51,265 nt of DNA, taken from positions 1 through 51,265 of IMG/VR virus record IMGVR_UViG_3300019761_000008; one strand, written 5' to 3'. The notes under the pieces were generated by a model, which worked only from the letters and a program-made list of their open reading frames with translations, did no database searches and was not told the DNA's origin. Below, in pieces: positions 1 through 9,780 of this stretch. The stretch is from a virus. Its lineage: Duplodnaviria > Caudoviricetes. How positions within the stretch are numbered: position 1 is the stretch's first letter; each line of letters starts with the position of its first letter. The position numbers were made by a program, and so were the translations under genes.

Positions 1-1058
1 TCAACTTTAGCAGGTGACTGCGAATTGAACTTGATCTTACCATGTCCTTTTAATCCTACAGTTGCGAATGAACCAGCTGTCGGGAATAACATTGGGAATA
101 CATCAAAGTTTGTACCGTTGTTCGATAATGAACCTGTGTAAGACGCAGGAATCGCTGCACCAGCACCACTTCTAACTACAGCAGTTTCTGACTCAATGAA
201 TCTAACGTCTGCCATTTGTCCAAACTCACCTTCAGCTAAGTTAGATGCAGAAGCATACTTATATGCCGGAACGAATACGTGCTCTGTTTCATAGCTAGAA
301 CCTCTTGTTAATGAGTCTAAGTCATACTTAATCTCAGGACCAACGATCGCATAGAACGCACTGTTAACTGTTCTTGTATCAATCTTAGTTGATCCAGTTA
401 CAATTGAAGTATTTTTCTTAGCTCTATTTCTAACTAACTTTCTTGAAGCTTTTCTGATTAAATCATAAGAAACTCTGAATTGGTCATCTAATGAACCATC
501 AGCTGCTAATCCTGTACCTAAATCCGCTGCAACAGCTTCATCATTTGCATACATCTTATTAGTCGTACCTAACATATCTAACTGGATTAAATCCTCTGAT
601 CTTCTGTTAGCTAATAAACCTAACTCTTCTCTATATCTAACTTGGATAGCATCTTCTGAGAACATCTCTACTTCATCAGTATAATCAATCATCTCACCGT
701 ATCTTGCAAACTCAGTTGTGAATGTTACTTTTTGAATCGATCTCTTATTAACCGCTCCAGCACCTTCAGCTAATGCTACATCATTAGTTAATCCATTTGA
801 TACATCAGTAATGTTTCTTGAACTTAAGTAACCTTTTTTTGCAAAATCCGCATCAGCAGTATCTCTATCGAAGATATGCAAGAATTTAGAAATCTTGTAG
901 TTCTTACCCATTTTTAATGGCATTGACTTTCTGTCAGCCCATTGCGCGTACACTGCTACGGCATTAGCATTCTTGATACCTGCCTTGTCGTAATAATGCG
1001 TAATTGTATTCGCACCTGCTGTACTGTTAGTACCATTTCCGTAAATATTCGTCGCCAT
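1..1058 (-). CDS. Major capsid protein, N4-gp56 family (3' end beyond window)
   Basis: Not in the ORF track because it runs off the edge. Manual translation from ATG at 1058 gives MATNIYGNGTNSTAGANTITHYYDKAGI...ADRKSMPLKMGK...TGSTKIDTRTV...KYASASNLAEGEFG...FDVFPMLFPTAGSFATVGLKG, typical of N4 gp56. AAAAGGA RBS; lies downstream of scaffold and portal. Confidence 0.92.
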   Translation of the reverse strand, partial: MATNIYGNGTNSTAGANTITHYYDKAGIKNANAVAVYAQWADRKSMPLKMGKNYKISKFLHIFDRDTADADFAKKGYLSSRNITDVSNGLTNDVALAEGAGAVNKRSIQKVTFTTEFARYGEMIDYTDEVEMFSEDAIQVRYREELGLLANRRSEDLIQLDMLGTTNKMYANDEAVAADLGTGLAADGSLDDQFRVSYDLIRKASRKLVRNRAKKNTSIVTGSTKIDTRTVNSAFYAIVGPEIKYDLDSLTRGSSYETEHVFVPAYKYASASNLAEGEFGQMADVRFIESETAVVRSGAGAAIPASYTGSLSNNGTNFDVFPMLFPTAGSFATVGLKGHGKIKFNSQSPAKV

Positions 1059-1095
1059 GTTTTATTTCCTTTTATTCTTTAGTAATCGTCACAGG

Positions 1096-2343
1096 CTACA
1101 TGTTAGCCTGTAATTTCCTATACCACTCATCATACGCCTCATCGTTGTCATCTAAGTAGTCAATTACGTTTCTTTTTCCAGCCACTTTCTTAGTAGTCGC
1201 TGCAGCCTTTCTAGTCTTGGCAGCCTTCTTAGTCTGCACTCGCTTAGTCTCATTAGCTTTCGCTACTTCCACTTCTTGTTTCTGTTTAGCTTCCGCTTCA
1301 GCCTTAGCTGCTTCTTCTGCTGCTCTTACGTTTTCCGCTTCTGCAGTTTTCGCCTGCTCTGCGTAGTACTGATGTCCGGCCTCAATGTAGTATTCTACAT
1401 CCGACTTAGCTGGACCATTGTCCAACACTCGCAACTTCATTGCCTTAGCTGATATGTCTCCGTATCTACCACTCTTAATATCATCGTGTAGCACTTGAAT
1501 GTCCTCTGGCCTACCCTTGAAGTAGTCTCTAGACTTGGCATCCCATTGTCTATCTACAATACTCTGTGTAACCTCGAACTCTTTATCAGTACTTATATTA
1601 GATACTACATCATCTATCTTAAGCTGTTGCTCAGTACGTCCGTACTCTCTCGGTTGATAACTAGCAGCCTTTTCCTCGTCAATCTCCATTGTATCTACTC
1701 CGGCAATCTTCGACATAGCGCTAAATGCTTCTACATTACCTTTCTTCATATCTACTAATAGATTTAAGTCATCTGCTGTAATTTCATTATCTACCATGAT
1801 GCTGATATTTTTCCTATGTGGAGCAATTTCCTGCATCTTCTTTGTATAGTCTAATGCCTTAGGTGCTAGTTTTACTAGTTCTTCATTTGTAAGCTCTAGT
1901 TCTGTGCCATTAGCTTTAACCTTATACGTTGATATCTTAGGTTCTTCTGTTTTAGCTTCTACTTCTTTTTCAGGATTGTCTTCAGCGTCTTTGTCAAGCT
2001 CGCTAGCAGAGTCCTTATCTTCTGTTTCATCTTCATCTTCAGTTCCATCTTCCTGAGTATCTTCAGTTTTGTCGGAGTCCTCATCAGGTTGTTCCAATTC
2101 TTCTTCATCTTCCTCTGGGATATCTTCTTCGTTCTCTTCGTCTTCTGATTCTTCCGAATCTTCATCCTCGTTGACATCGTCTACTTCACCCTCTTCGTAT
2201 ACGGCTTCAGGTTCGTATTTCTCTTCTACCTCGTCCATATCCAGGGCAACTTCTTCGTCCATTGCTGCTTTAGCGTCACGAAAGGCTGCTTCTTGAGCCT
2301 CATCGTCCATAGCGTAAAACTCCTCTTCTGTAAGTTCCGCCAT
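1096..2343 (-). CDS. Scaffold-like protein (N4 gp57 position)
   Basis: Very acidic N-terminus, KVKANGTELEL...DYTKKMQEI motif, Ala/Lys-rich tail; directly upstream of the capsid gene as in N4. Confidence 0.75.
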   Translation of the reverse strand: MAELTEEEFYAMDDEAQEAAFRDAKAAMDEEVALDMDEVEEKYEPEAVYEEGEVDDVNEDEDSEESEDEENEEDIPEEDEEELEQPDEDSDKTEDTQEDGTEDEDETEDKDSASELDKDAEDNPEKEVEAKTEEPKISTYKVKANGTELELTNEELVKLAPKALDYTKKMQEIAPHRKNISIMVDNEITADDLNLLVDMKKGNVEAFSAMSKIAGVDTMEIDEEKAASYQPREYGRTEQQLKIDDVVSNISTDKEFEVTQSIVDRQWDAKSRDYFKGRPEDIQVLHDDIKSGRYGDISAKAMKLRVLDNGPAKSDVEYYIEAGHQYYAEQAKTAEAENVRAAEEAAKAEAEAKQKQEVEVAKANETKRVQTKKAAKTRKAAATTKKVAGKRNVIDYLDDNDEAYDEWYRKLQANM

Positions 2344-2344
2344 A

Positions 2345-2668
2345 CTATTCTACCTCTGGTCCTTCTAAGTCAGAAATATCTTCCTCAGCTACTCCACCAA
2401 TGTTCTTAATAGTACTAAAGTGATCCTGTAGTGTACTGATAGCTACTAATGCTTCCATAAGTTCAGGTCTTAATCCTGACTTCTTCACATAGTCTGTACC
2501 TAGCATACTTACGTTATCTAATGCTCTGTCTTTGAAGTAACCTTGTAGGATTACTAACTGAAAGTCTTTATTGCTCTCTAGTCTTGTCAGTGCTTCGTAT
2601 TGGTCGGCCCAGTATTGAGTCTCCACCTTTTCCATCTCTTGTTCAGTTTGTTGGTTGTTTGCTTTCAT
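2345..2668 (-). CDS. Conserved head-module protein (N4 gp58-like)
   Basis: ALTRLESNKDFQLVILQGYF motif; synteny between portal and scaffold. Confidence 0.6.
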   Translation of the reverse strand: MKANNQQTEQEMEKVETQYWADQYEALTRLESNKDFQLVILQGYFKDRALDNVSMLGTDYVKKSGLRPELMEALVAISTLQDHFSTIKNIGGVAEEDISDLEGPEVE

Positions 2669-2742
2669 GCAAGTCCTTAATTGTTGATTTTGAGTTTAAC
2701 GACATCTTCTAGTCGAACACTATTATGTTCTTTATTACTGGT

Positions 2743-2764
2743 ATTATAGCACCCAGTTCCTTAA
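2743..2764 (-). promoter_or_regulatory. Late (host sigma70-type) promoter TTAAG-N11-TATAAT
   Basis: Minus strand TTAAG gaactgggtgc TATAAT upstream of the scaffold/capsid operon. Confidence 0.7.
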
Positions 2765-2771
2765 TTCAAGC

Positions 2772-3005
2772 TTACGCCATCAGTCCCTGAGCTTGTGCTA
2801 TTCCACCACCCTGTGGCCCTCTAGCTAATCCCTGCTCCTGAGCAACTTGTCCTTGTAGCATTTGCATAGCCATCTCTAGTACCTCCATCGGTACTCCCTG
2901 AGCTAGTAACTCATCTGGGTTCGCACCTTGTTGTAGCATCATAGCTACCTCTTCTATCATCCTTTGGTCAACCTGACCCGCTCCTGTTGCTAATCCATTT
3001 GCCAT
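2772..3005 (-). CDS. Hypothetical protein (Gln/Met-rich)
   Basis: ORF coupled to the portal stop (TAATG overlap). Confidence 0.5.
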   Translation of the reverse strand: MANGLATGAGQVDQRMIEEVAMMLQQGANPDELLAQGVPMEVLEMAMQMLQGQVAQEQGLARGPQGGGIAQAQGLMA

Positions 3006-6000
3006 TACTTACTTCCTTCTTTCTTGTTATACATTGCATCGAATGCTTTCTCGTCTAGCTTACTCATTCTGTCGAACTCTTTCTCTTCCATTTTTCTTGC
3101 ATGAGCTACTCCACTGTCTCTCTCAAGGAAATCTAAGTCAATTCTATCTGCCTCACTATCTATCTTACGAGCAGCTGCCATTTCTTTTCTTGCTTTAGCT
3201 TCTTTGGCAAACGCGTCTATCTCATTTTCACCGGCTCTTGCGTATCTATCAGCTATCTCTGCTTTTAGCTTCTCATTCTCTAGCTCTGCTTTCATTACTG
3301 CAGCTGCTTCCATTCTCATCTGTGCTTCAGTTGGTTGAGGTGGTTGCCAGTTTCTGTACTCTTGCGCTAGTTCTGGTTGCTTAGTTAAGTCTGCCCACTG
3401 AGCTAGCATCTTGTACTGCATCTCTTCACTCATACTCTGACCTTGAGTCTGTAGCATGAATGTAATCTCTTGTGCTTTAGCTGCGTTATCTTCATTAGTA
3501 CTAACTGTAATCTCAATATCGATGTTACCTTCTAAGTCATCTCTTCTAATCTCAACGAACTCGTTATTAGTCATTCTAACTACTTCTATGTCATCTAGGA
3601 ACTCTGCATTGTAGCTCATCCATTTTCTCATTAGTGGTTTAACTAAGTTCTCACTGATGTTCCTAACGATGTTCAGCCTTCTTGTACTAGTTGCATCAAG
3701 TGCTCCTCTAGCTCCTGTAGCAGTATTGTGTGTTAGTGTAAACTTATCTGTCACTGCGAACAGTTTGTCATCACTGTCTACTGTAAGACATCTCATTAGT
3801 ACCTTATCCGTAACACTCATACTTTTTAATGCTACAGTATGCCTTCTTGGTGTCTTCCACTTATCAGCTTTTCTAGGTAGTTTGAATGGATTACTCCAAG
3901 GAGTAAACCCTATCTCATAACTATCTTTAGTAGCTAGGATTAACCTACAACCGGTCTTTTCGTGCAGTGTCATCTTTTGTTTATTTTTAGCATCCTTATC
4001 TCTTCTTATTATACTAGCCTTCAATCCTAGTGATTCAATTAGCCTGATTACATCGTCTTTTAGTCTTCCCTCTGATTGTGCAAACTGTACGAACGCCCCG
4101 CTATGCGCGTAGCCATCACTGTCCATCAACCCTCTAATGAGTTCCATCTTCTCTTCGTACGTAGCTGTGAAATACTCCTCTGGTATGTGTTTCTCTCCTC
4201 CGTAACGCTTGTGTAGACCTAGCTCCCTAAGCTCACTATGCAGCGATCCAGTAGACTCAAATTGTCCTGTCTCTGAATTCCTGCTTGGTGTACATCCTTC
4301 TTTGTACACATCGTACATCTTAGCCTTACCTGTCTTAGAGCTATCTTTAACTTCGACACATATATACCCTACTTCCTTGAAGTACTCTACTATTTCTATA
4401 TCCTCTGTTGTAATTCTAGCAGAGTGACTCATTCCGTCACCTAACCAGACACCTAGTACATACGGATCTATTGAATTACCTGTAGACTTACCTGCTCTCA
4501 TCTCTTTCATAGCAGGTATTGTAACTCGTCTACCTTTTTGCATATGCTTGTATACTTCGTCTGCGTCCATAGTAGTCCAGTCTCTTAACTTGTGACTAGT
4601 TCCGTGCACTTTTACTGTCCATAGATGCTCACCACCTGACTTAATTACTGACCCATTATCGAAAGCCATATCATAGGCTATTTTAGGGTATTTAATATCA
4701 TGAGCTTTGAGTACTTTAGTACCGTTACCGTCTGATCCTACTATGGTATCGCCGTCTACAATATGTGCAAGCTTTTTGAAGCTACCATCAACCATTGGTA
4801 TATCTGTTAGAATATCTAGCATATTTCCTAGTGAGTTACCACTGATCCCACCACTGAATGACTTAACTCCAGTAATTGACTCAATCTCATTATTCATCAT
4901 ACCTAGCATATCGAATGCACTTCCTGGTATACTATTGTAGCTACCATCCCAGAAGTCATTAGGTGTACCATTGAACTCGAAGTTCTCACCATTGATGAAC
5001 TTACGTCTATTAGCTACATCAAGTGCTCCTTTACGGATACCTTTCTGTCCATTATTACTTTGAGCCATATTATCAATAATACCTCTAGTAATTGCTGTCT
5101 TGATCTTCTGATTGTCGCCTATGAACTCTGCATTAGCTTCACCGTGCATCTGGAACGGTACACTATTGAATGGCACTACTATGAATGGTGGTTTACCATC
5201 TGGGTACGGATTATCTTCTAATCTAATAACTACGTCATCTATCCATGTACATACTATCGGCTCTGTAATCCCATCACCATCTACATCGTAGTTACCCCAG
5301 TATTCGTATACAACCTTCTTCTTTCTTGGATCATCTTCGAATCTGAACTCAGTCTCATCTTCACTATCGAAGTCTACTTCATTCTCCCCTAACGAACCTT
5401 TAGCTACCTTATCTAAGTGCTTGTACCTACCATCTTGTCTTAACGTACTCATATCAGTCTCGTATCTATATATAACGAACTGACACTTGTCCATATCATC
5501 CATACAAGTCGGATCAATGTATATATCTTCATTTCTACATACTACAGCAGTTGGCTTATTAGTAATTATTCTAGTTTCCATTACAGTCTGTGTACCTAGT
5601 ATCATCTCTGATCCATCTGGCATTCTTCCGATAATTGGTACCTCTACCTCAACTTCCTCATCTTCATAATCCCATCCACATTGTATAACTGCAGTACCTT
5701 CCATATCTAGTACCTTAGCTGCTTTGGTCATGAAGTTGTATCTATTGAACTGTCTACAGAACTGCGTATTTAGTACTAGCTCATTCTGTCTAGCTGACTC
5801 TACATCCTCTGCAGTAACCGGAGTAGCTTTAATTATGTCAACTGCACTTACGAACGGATCTATAATAGTTGAATGCTGCCACTCACTTTGCTTCTTAATG
5901 TCTCTTGATACAATAGCTGACTTGCCTTTTTGCTCATTGCCGTATGCCTCACCGTTGTATGCACTAATCCATCCTTCAATCTTACCTTGTAAGTCGTCAT

Positions 6001-6076
6001 GCATCGGCTCGCTTGCTTTTAGGTCAGCTTTGAACGATTTTAGTAGCTTGGTCTTATTAATTTTATTTATTTTCAT
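3005..6076 (-). CDS. Portal protein (N4 gp59-like) containing an intein; about 657 aa after splicing
   Basis: IKKQSEWQHSTIIDPF, VVYEYWGNYDVDGDG, NPYPDGKPPFIVVP, ESITGVKSFSGGISG...GARGALDA motifs of N4-type portals. Confidence 0.92.
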   Translation of the reverse strand: MKINKINKTKLLKSFKADLKASEPMHDDLQGKIEGWISAYNGEAYGNEQKGKSAIVSRDIKKQSEWQHSTIIDPFVSAVDIIKATPVTAEDVESARQNELVLNTQFCRQFNRYNFMTKAAKVLDMEGTAVIQCGWDYEDEEVEVEVPIIGRMPDGSEMILGTQTVMETRIITNKPTAVVCRNEDIYIDPTCMDDMDKCQFVIYRYETDMSTLRQDGRYKHLDKVAKGSLGENEVDFDSEDETEFRFEDDPRKKKVVYEYWGNYDVDGDGITEPIVCTWIDDVVIRLEDNPYPDGKPPFIVVPFNSVPFQMHGEANAEFIGDNQKIKTAITRGIIDNMAQSNNGQKGIRKGALDVANRRKFINGENFEFNGTPNDFWDGSYNSIPGSAFDMLGMMNNEIESITGVKSFSGGISGNSLGNMLDILTDIPMVDGSFKKLAHIVDGDTIVGSDGNGTKVLKAHDIKYPKIAYDMAFDNGSVIKSGGEHLWTVKVHGTSHKLRDWTTMDADEVYKHMQKGRRVTIPAMKEMRAGKSTGNSIDPYVLGVWLGDGMSHSARITTEDIEIVEYFKEVGYICVEVKDSSKTGKAKMYDVYKEGCTPSRNSETGQFESTGSLHSELRELGLHKRYGGEKHIPEEYFTATYEEKMELIRGLMDSDGYAHSGAFVQFAQSEGRLKDDVIRLIESLGLKASIIRRDKDAKNKQKMTLHEKTGCRLILATKDSYEIGFTPWSNPFKLPRKADKWKTPRRHTVALKSMSVTDKVLMRCLTVDSDDKLFAVTDKFTLTHNTATGARGALDATSTRRLNIVRNISENLVKPLMRKWMSYNAEFLDDIEVVRMTNNEFVEIRRDDLEGNIDIEITVSTNEDNAAKAQEITFMLQTQGQSMSEEMQYKMLAQWADLTKQPELAQEYRNWQPPQPTEAQMRMEAAAVMKAELENEKLKAEIADRYARAGENEIDAFAKEAKARKEMAAARKIDSEADRIDLDFLERDSGVAHARKMEEKEFDRMSKLDEKAFDAMYNKKEGSK
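3725..4822 (-). mobile_element. Class 3 intein (366 aa) with LAGLIDADG homing endonuclease
   Basis: Block A MLDILTDIPMVDG, block B SGGEHLWTV, LAGLIDADG helices DPYVLGVWLGDG and ELIRGLMDSDG, block F MRCLTVD, block G THN/T. WCT triad present. Confidence 0.9.
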
Positions 6077-6096
6077 TTATACTTCCTGTTAGCCAT

Positions 6097-6118
6097 ATTA
6101 TACCTACTACTTAGTTAA
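6097..6118 (-). promoter_or_regulatory. Late promoter variant TTAAC-N11-TATAAT
   Basis: Intergenic, upstream of the portal gene. Confidence 0.55.
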
Positions 6119-6130
6119 ACTACACTTAAG

Positions 6131-6544
6131 CTACATCTGCTTTACGGATATGTGCGGCATGTCACGTCCACCGCCAATGTTATAACCGAATCCGAACTCT
6201 AGCATCATCCCTAACTTCATACTTGCTCTCATGAATGCTCTGTACATCTCCATATAAGCTAGCTTAACTTGATCATCTTCTACGTCCCATGGATCCATTC
6301 CCTTTACGTATGGTATTACATCAATAGCTAACCCTAGCTGGTGATCACTTATACGCATCTGCCCATCTAACTCACTCGCACCCTTATCGAACATAGCTTT
6401 CTGTTCACTCTGAGTTCTTAACCCATCAATCACACTGAAGTCTACTGTTGAGTACTTCAATGCCTTTTCACACAGCCTCTTTACGTTCTCATCTACTCCA
6501 TCCAGCTTCTCTTTACTTCTCTTACCAAACTTAAATTTACTCAT
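6131..6544 (-). CDS. Endolysin, peptidase M15 (L-Ala-D-Glu peptidase-like)
   Basis: DGLRTQSEQ, SDHQLGLAID and DMPH zinc-peptidase motifs. Confidence 0.85.
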   Translation of the reverse strand: MSKFKFGKRSKEKLDGVDENVKRLCEKALKYSTVDFSVIDGLRTQSEQKAMFDKGASELDGQMRISDHQLGLAIDVIPYVKGMDPWDVEDDQVKLAYMEMYRAFMRASMKLGMMLEFGFGYNIGGGRDMPHISVKQM

Positions 6545-7118
6545 TGTTGTCCTTTACTTTTCTTCTATCAATAGCTGCTTGAGCGTCCTCATACTTCTTT
6601 TTATGGTACGCTGCTTTTTGTCTATCTGTGTATTCTACACGACTAGCTTTACCTGCTTCCATATAGTAGTCTTTGATGAACGGATGTACTACTGTAATAA
6701 CTCCAATGGCAGCAGTAAATAACGTAACAGTCCACGCACCTCGTATCATGTATGTTTTACCCTTATCAGCCACCTCTTTTATCCACTTCATATCTTTAGT
6801 ATGTTGGTCCGTCTTAACCATGTAATCATCAACTTTCTTATCAAGGTCTCTCAGTCCATTGTCTATAGCGTCATACTTTTCCATCTCTTTCTCGTCATGT
6901 TTTTCGAATATCTGCATAAACTGCGCCATATCTTGAATTGAGTCTTTTACGTCCTTAGCCAGTAACTGTACTTCTGTACTATTATTTGCTATTTGTGTAC
7001 CTATAGTCTCTACCTTTTCAGTAACCTTTCCCTCTAGTTGCCTAGTATTCTTGTATAGTACATTTAAGTCGTGATTGAGTTTATCAACCACACCACCTAA
7101 TTCTGCTTTCTTGCCCAT
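6537..7118 (-). CDS. Membrane-anchored coiled-coil protein, possible holin or lysis accessory
   Basis: Coiled coil followed by TM segment AWTVTLFTAAIGVITVV; adjacent to the endolysin. Confidence 0.4.
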   Translation of the reverse strand: MGKKAELGGVVDKLNHDLNVLYKNTRQLEGKVTEKVETIGTQIANNSTEVQLLAKDVKDSIQDMAQFMQIFEKHDEKEMEKYDAIDNGLRDLDKKVDDYMVKTDQHTKDMKWIKEVADKGKTYMIRGAWTVTLFTAAIGVITVVHPFIKDYYMEAGKASRVEYTDRQKAAYHKKKYEDAQAAIDRRKVKDNNE

Positions 7119-7133
7119 GTTACCACCTACAAG

Positions 7134-7328
7134 TTATTTCGAATCTGTAGTTGTTGACTGAGTACGAGCAAGCTTCTTTACTTCTTCGTATGCTTCTTTG
7201 GCCTTTTTTGCTACTACCCTAGCTTTCTCTACGTCTGCTTTAGTGTATGTATGTCCACTGATCACTCCTGTACACCCTGTAAACATTAACCCAATTACTA
7301 ATCCTGTTGCTAATACTAATTTCTTCAT
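7134..7328 (-). CDS. Small lipoprotein (possible spanin component)
   Basis: Signal peptide with lipobox MKKLVLATGLVIGLMFTG-C. Confidence 0.55.
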   Translation of the reverse strand: MKKLVLATGLVIGLMFTGCTGVISGHTYTKADVEKARVVAKKAKEAYEEVKKLARTQSTTTDSK

Positions 7329-7711
7329 TTACCTTCCTTTGCTCTATGCTCATTCCAGGCTTTCCAGCCACCTACTTTTAATCCGAATCTTACACACTTT
7401 CTACGCCAAGCACTAACTCCTAGTACCTCCATAGCTTCTTCCAGTACGTCATCACTTAAGTCTCTACTTACCATCCCATACTTATACAAGTAATCGTGTA
7501 CTACATATCCGTATGTTGCTTTGCCATCTTTTGGGAATATCCCCTGTAGTACTTTTGGTATACTGCCTAAGTCTGTTGGGAACCCTATCGGAACTACTAC
7601 TGTAGTCCCAAGTAACTCGGAGTAGTACACCAACTCACTTGCTAATGTACGTATATCTCCTGTCAGTGGTATACTTACCACTAACTCCGTATTTTTGAAC
7701 TTTGAACCCAT
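7325..7711 (-). CDS. DUF1353-like protein
   Basis: VPIGFPTDLGSIP...VVHDYLY motif. Confidence 0.75.
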   Translation of the reverse strand: MGSKFKNTELVVSIPLTGDIRTLASELVYYSELLGTTVVVPIGFPTDLGSIPKVLQGIFPKDGKATYGYVVHDYLYKYGMVSRDLSDDVLEEAMEVLGVSAWRRKCVRFGLKVGGWKAWNEHRAKEGK

Positions 7712-7712
7712 A

Positions 7713-8225
7713 CTAGATAGCCTCTAGTAAGGCCTTGAAATCCTCTTCTGTCAGTACTCCACTTAGTACATCAGCTTGTTTGGCTCTAGTAGTAGCCCAT
7801 AGCAAGTTATTCCATTTAGTTAGTTCAATACACTCAGCTTTTAGTGGATACGTGTCATCAACAATGTAAATCCCCATATCGTTTACTTTATTGAATACTG
7901 TCCCGTATTCTTTGTTGAACTCACTTAACCTACTAGTGATAAGCCCATTTACGAACATCTCACCTTCTGCTACCTTTTTAGCAATTAGCTCTTCAGTTGG
8001 TATCTCTGTCACTTCGTACATCTTAGTAACTGTGTCTTCACCAATTTCATAGCTTGTATTACTTATTCTATGGGTACTAGCATCAATTGCTGGCCTATTG
8101 TCCACAACTTCGTACCATCCGTTCTCTATGTATGTTTCCTTAGGTGAATTAACTCCTAAACCTGTTCTATTCTGTGCTACGTTGTACTTTACTATTTTCC
8201 CATTTTCTACTTTACAATATTTCAT
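7713..8225 (-). CDS. Tail fibre-associated/assembly protein
   Basis: Likely start at 8225 (MKYCKVENG, AAAAGGA RBS); follows a fibre gene. Confidence 0.45.
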   Translation of the reverse strand: MKYCKVENGKIVKYNVAQNRTGLGVNSPKETYIENGWYEVVDNRPAIDASTHRISNTSYEIGEDTVTKMYEVTEIPTEELIAKKVAEGEMFVNGLITSRLSEFNKEYGTVFNKVNDMGIYIVDDTYPLKAECIELTKWNNLLWATTRAKQADVLSGVLTEEDFKALLEAI

Positions 8226-8256
8226 AATTTTCCTTTTATTGTTACTATTGACCCCA

Positions 8257-9780
8257 CTATAAAGTGAAGTCACTTCCTGCTGTTACTGTTCCATTAACTG
8301 TGAAGTCACCACCTGTACCTAAGTTCTTACCTAGGTTATCTGTATCATCAAATGGTAAGTATATCAATGGTGTTGGTATATTACCTGCTTCTATCTCTGG
8401 TGTTAAGTCTCTTGGGTAACCCAATTGATTAACGAATAGGTTTCTGTTTGACTCTTGTGAGAAGTCTATGTAGCTGTCCACTAAATATACATTAGATAAC
8501 AGACCAAACCACCTATTAGCATCGTAAAACAATTTAGTTATCATGGTTGAAGACGATAAGTCAAAATCTGAATCACTTGTTGGAGGGCTACTGTATACTT
8601 GACCTCCACTATATACATTCCCTACACCTATAGAGCTGTCTATACTAATAAAAATAATATCCCACTCTCCTATAGTTGCAAAAGTTGCATTTTTATTGTT
8701 TTTTATATTTAGTACATTAATTACTAATGCTCCAGTATTATCATATAACTTAAAATCCATCATTTCGTCACTAGCCATTTCAAGTGTCATTGTTTTCCTA
8801 GAACCATTAGCCTCAATAACTATTGCACATTCCTCATTCTGTGCAGAAGTAACTGCTCTACTAACAGATATAACCATTGATATACTCTTTGAATCTGCAC
8901 CTAACGCACCACTTAGAGTTAAACTATTAAGGTAGTTACTATCGTTATTAGCACTCCTAGCAATATACTCACTAGCACCTCTAGCACCAACTAAACCACC
9001 ACCATTCAATGTAAAGTCTCCACCACTACCATAGTTTGTGGTTGGCGAACTCGCATCTATTGGCATACAGATTAAAGGATTACTCCCTAAGTTAGCCATA
9101 GCAGTTCTTACTGGTATAGGTTTGTTTGTGTCTGAGTTCCAGAAAGGATTGTTTGTTGCTAAGTCTATATACTCCATATCAAAGTATAGTTCGCCTATTG
9201 AGCCATTTAGAGCATTACCACCATTTGAACTACCAGCTCCTATACATTTTTCAGTAGAATCTATATCAATAGGATCATTCGTATAAGTGACCCATGTTCC
9301 AATAGATACACCATTTACAAAACAATGTCTTTTATTAGTATCTGATAAATCTACTGACATCTGAAAAGATAATTCTGCTCCAAATGTTATAGTTAGGCCA
9401 GATACATCAGTTAAGTTAGCATTACTTGCATTTCTTAGATTTGCTGAAAGAGTGCCAGCCCCTACTGTAAATAGAGTGTTTCCTAGTTTCAGTATTCTGT
9501 CGTAGTTGTCTCCATTATTCTTTACAATAAACGATACAGTAGCAGTATTACTTACTGACCCCATACTTGTAGTTGAATGTAACACATCATCAACCCCATC
9601 AAACAAACTAGCCACACAATTATCTTGATTAGCTCCTCTGTCTGCTGTTTCTATTAAGCCATTCTGTACAAAATTACCTCCGTAGCCATAGTTTACATGG
9701 CAGTCTGCTCCTGTCTCCATCGGCATAAATATTATGGGATTTAACTCACCACTTATTACTTTTTCTTTTAATGTACTCAT
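8257..9780 (-). CDS. LamG/ConA-like repeat virion protein, C-terminal part of a split gene
   Basis: Repeated units (FDGVDD...; PLICMP...NYGSGGDFTLNG; PLIYLP...NLGTGGDFTVNG). Confidence 0.6.
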   Translation of the reverse strand: MSTLKEKVISGELNPIIFMPMETGADCHVNYGYGGNFVQNGLIETADRGANQDNCVASLFDGVDDVLHSTTSMGSVSNTATVSFIVKNNGDNYDRILKLGNTLFTVGAGTLSANLRNASNANLTDVSGLTITFGAELSFQMSVDLSDTNKRHCFVNGVSIGTWVTYTNDPIDIDSTEKCIGAGSSNGGNALNGSIGELYFDMEYIDLATNNPFWNSDTNKPIPVRTAMANLGSNPLICMPIDASSPTTNYGSGGDFTLNGGGLVGARGASEYIARSANNDSNYLNSLTLSGALGADSKSISMVISVSRAVTSAQNEECAIVIEANGSRKTMTLEMASDEMMDFKLYDNTGALVINVLNIKNNKNATFATIGEWDIIFISIDSSIGVGNVYSGGQVYSSPPTSDSDFDLSSSTMITKLFYDANRWFGLLSNVYLVDSYIDFSQESNRNLFVNQLGYPRDLTPEIEAGNIPTPLIYLPFDDTDNLGKNLGTGGDFTVNGTVTAGSDFTL

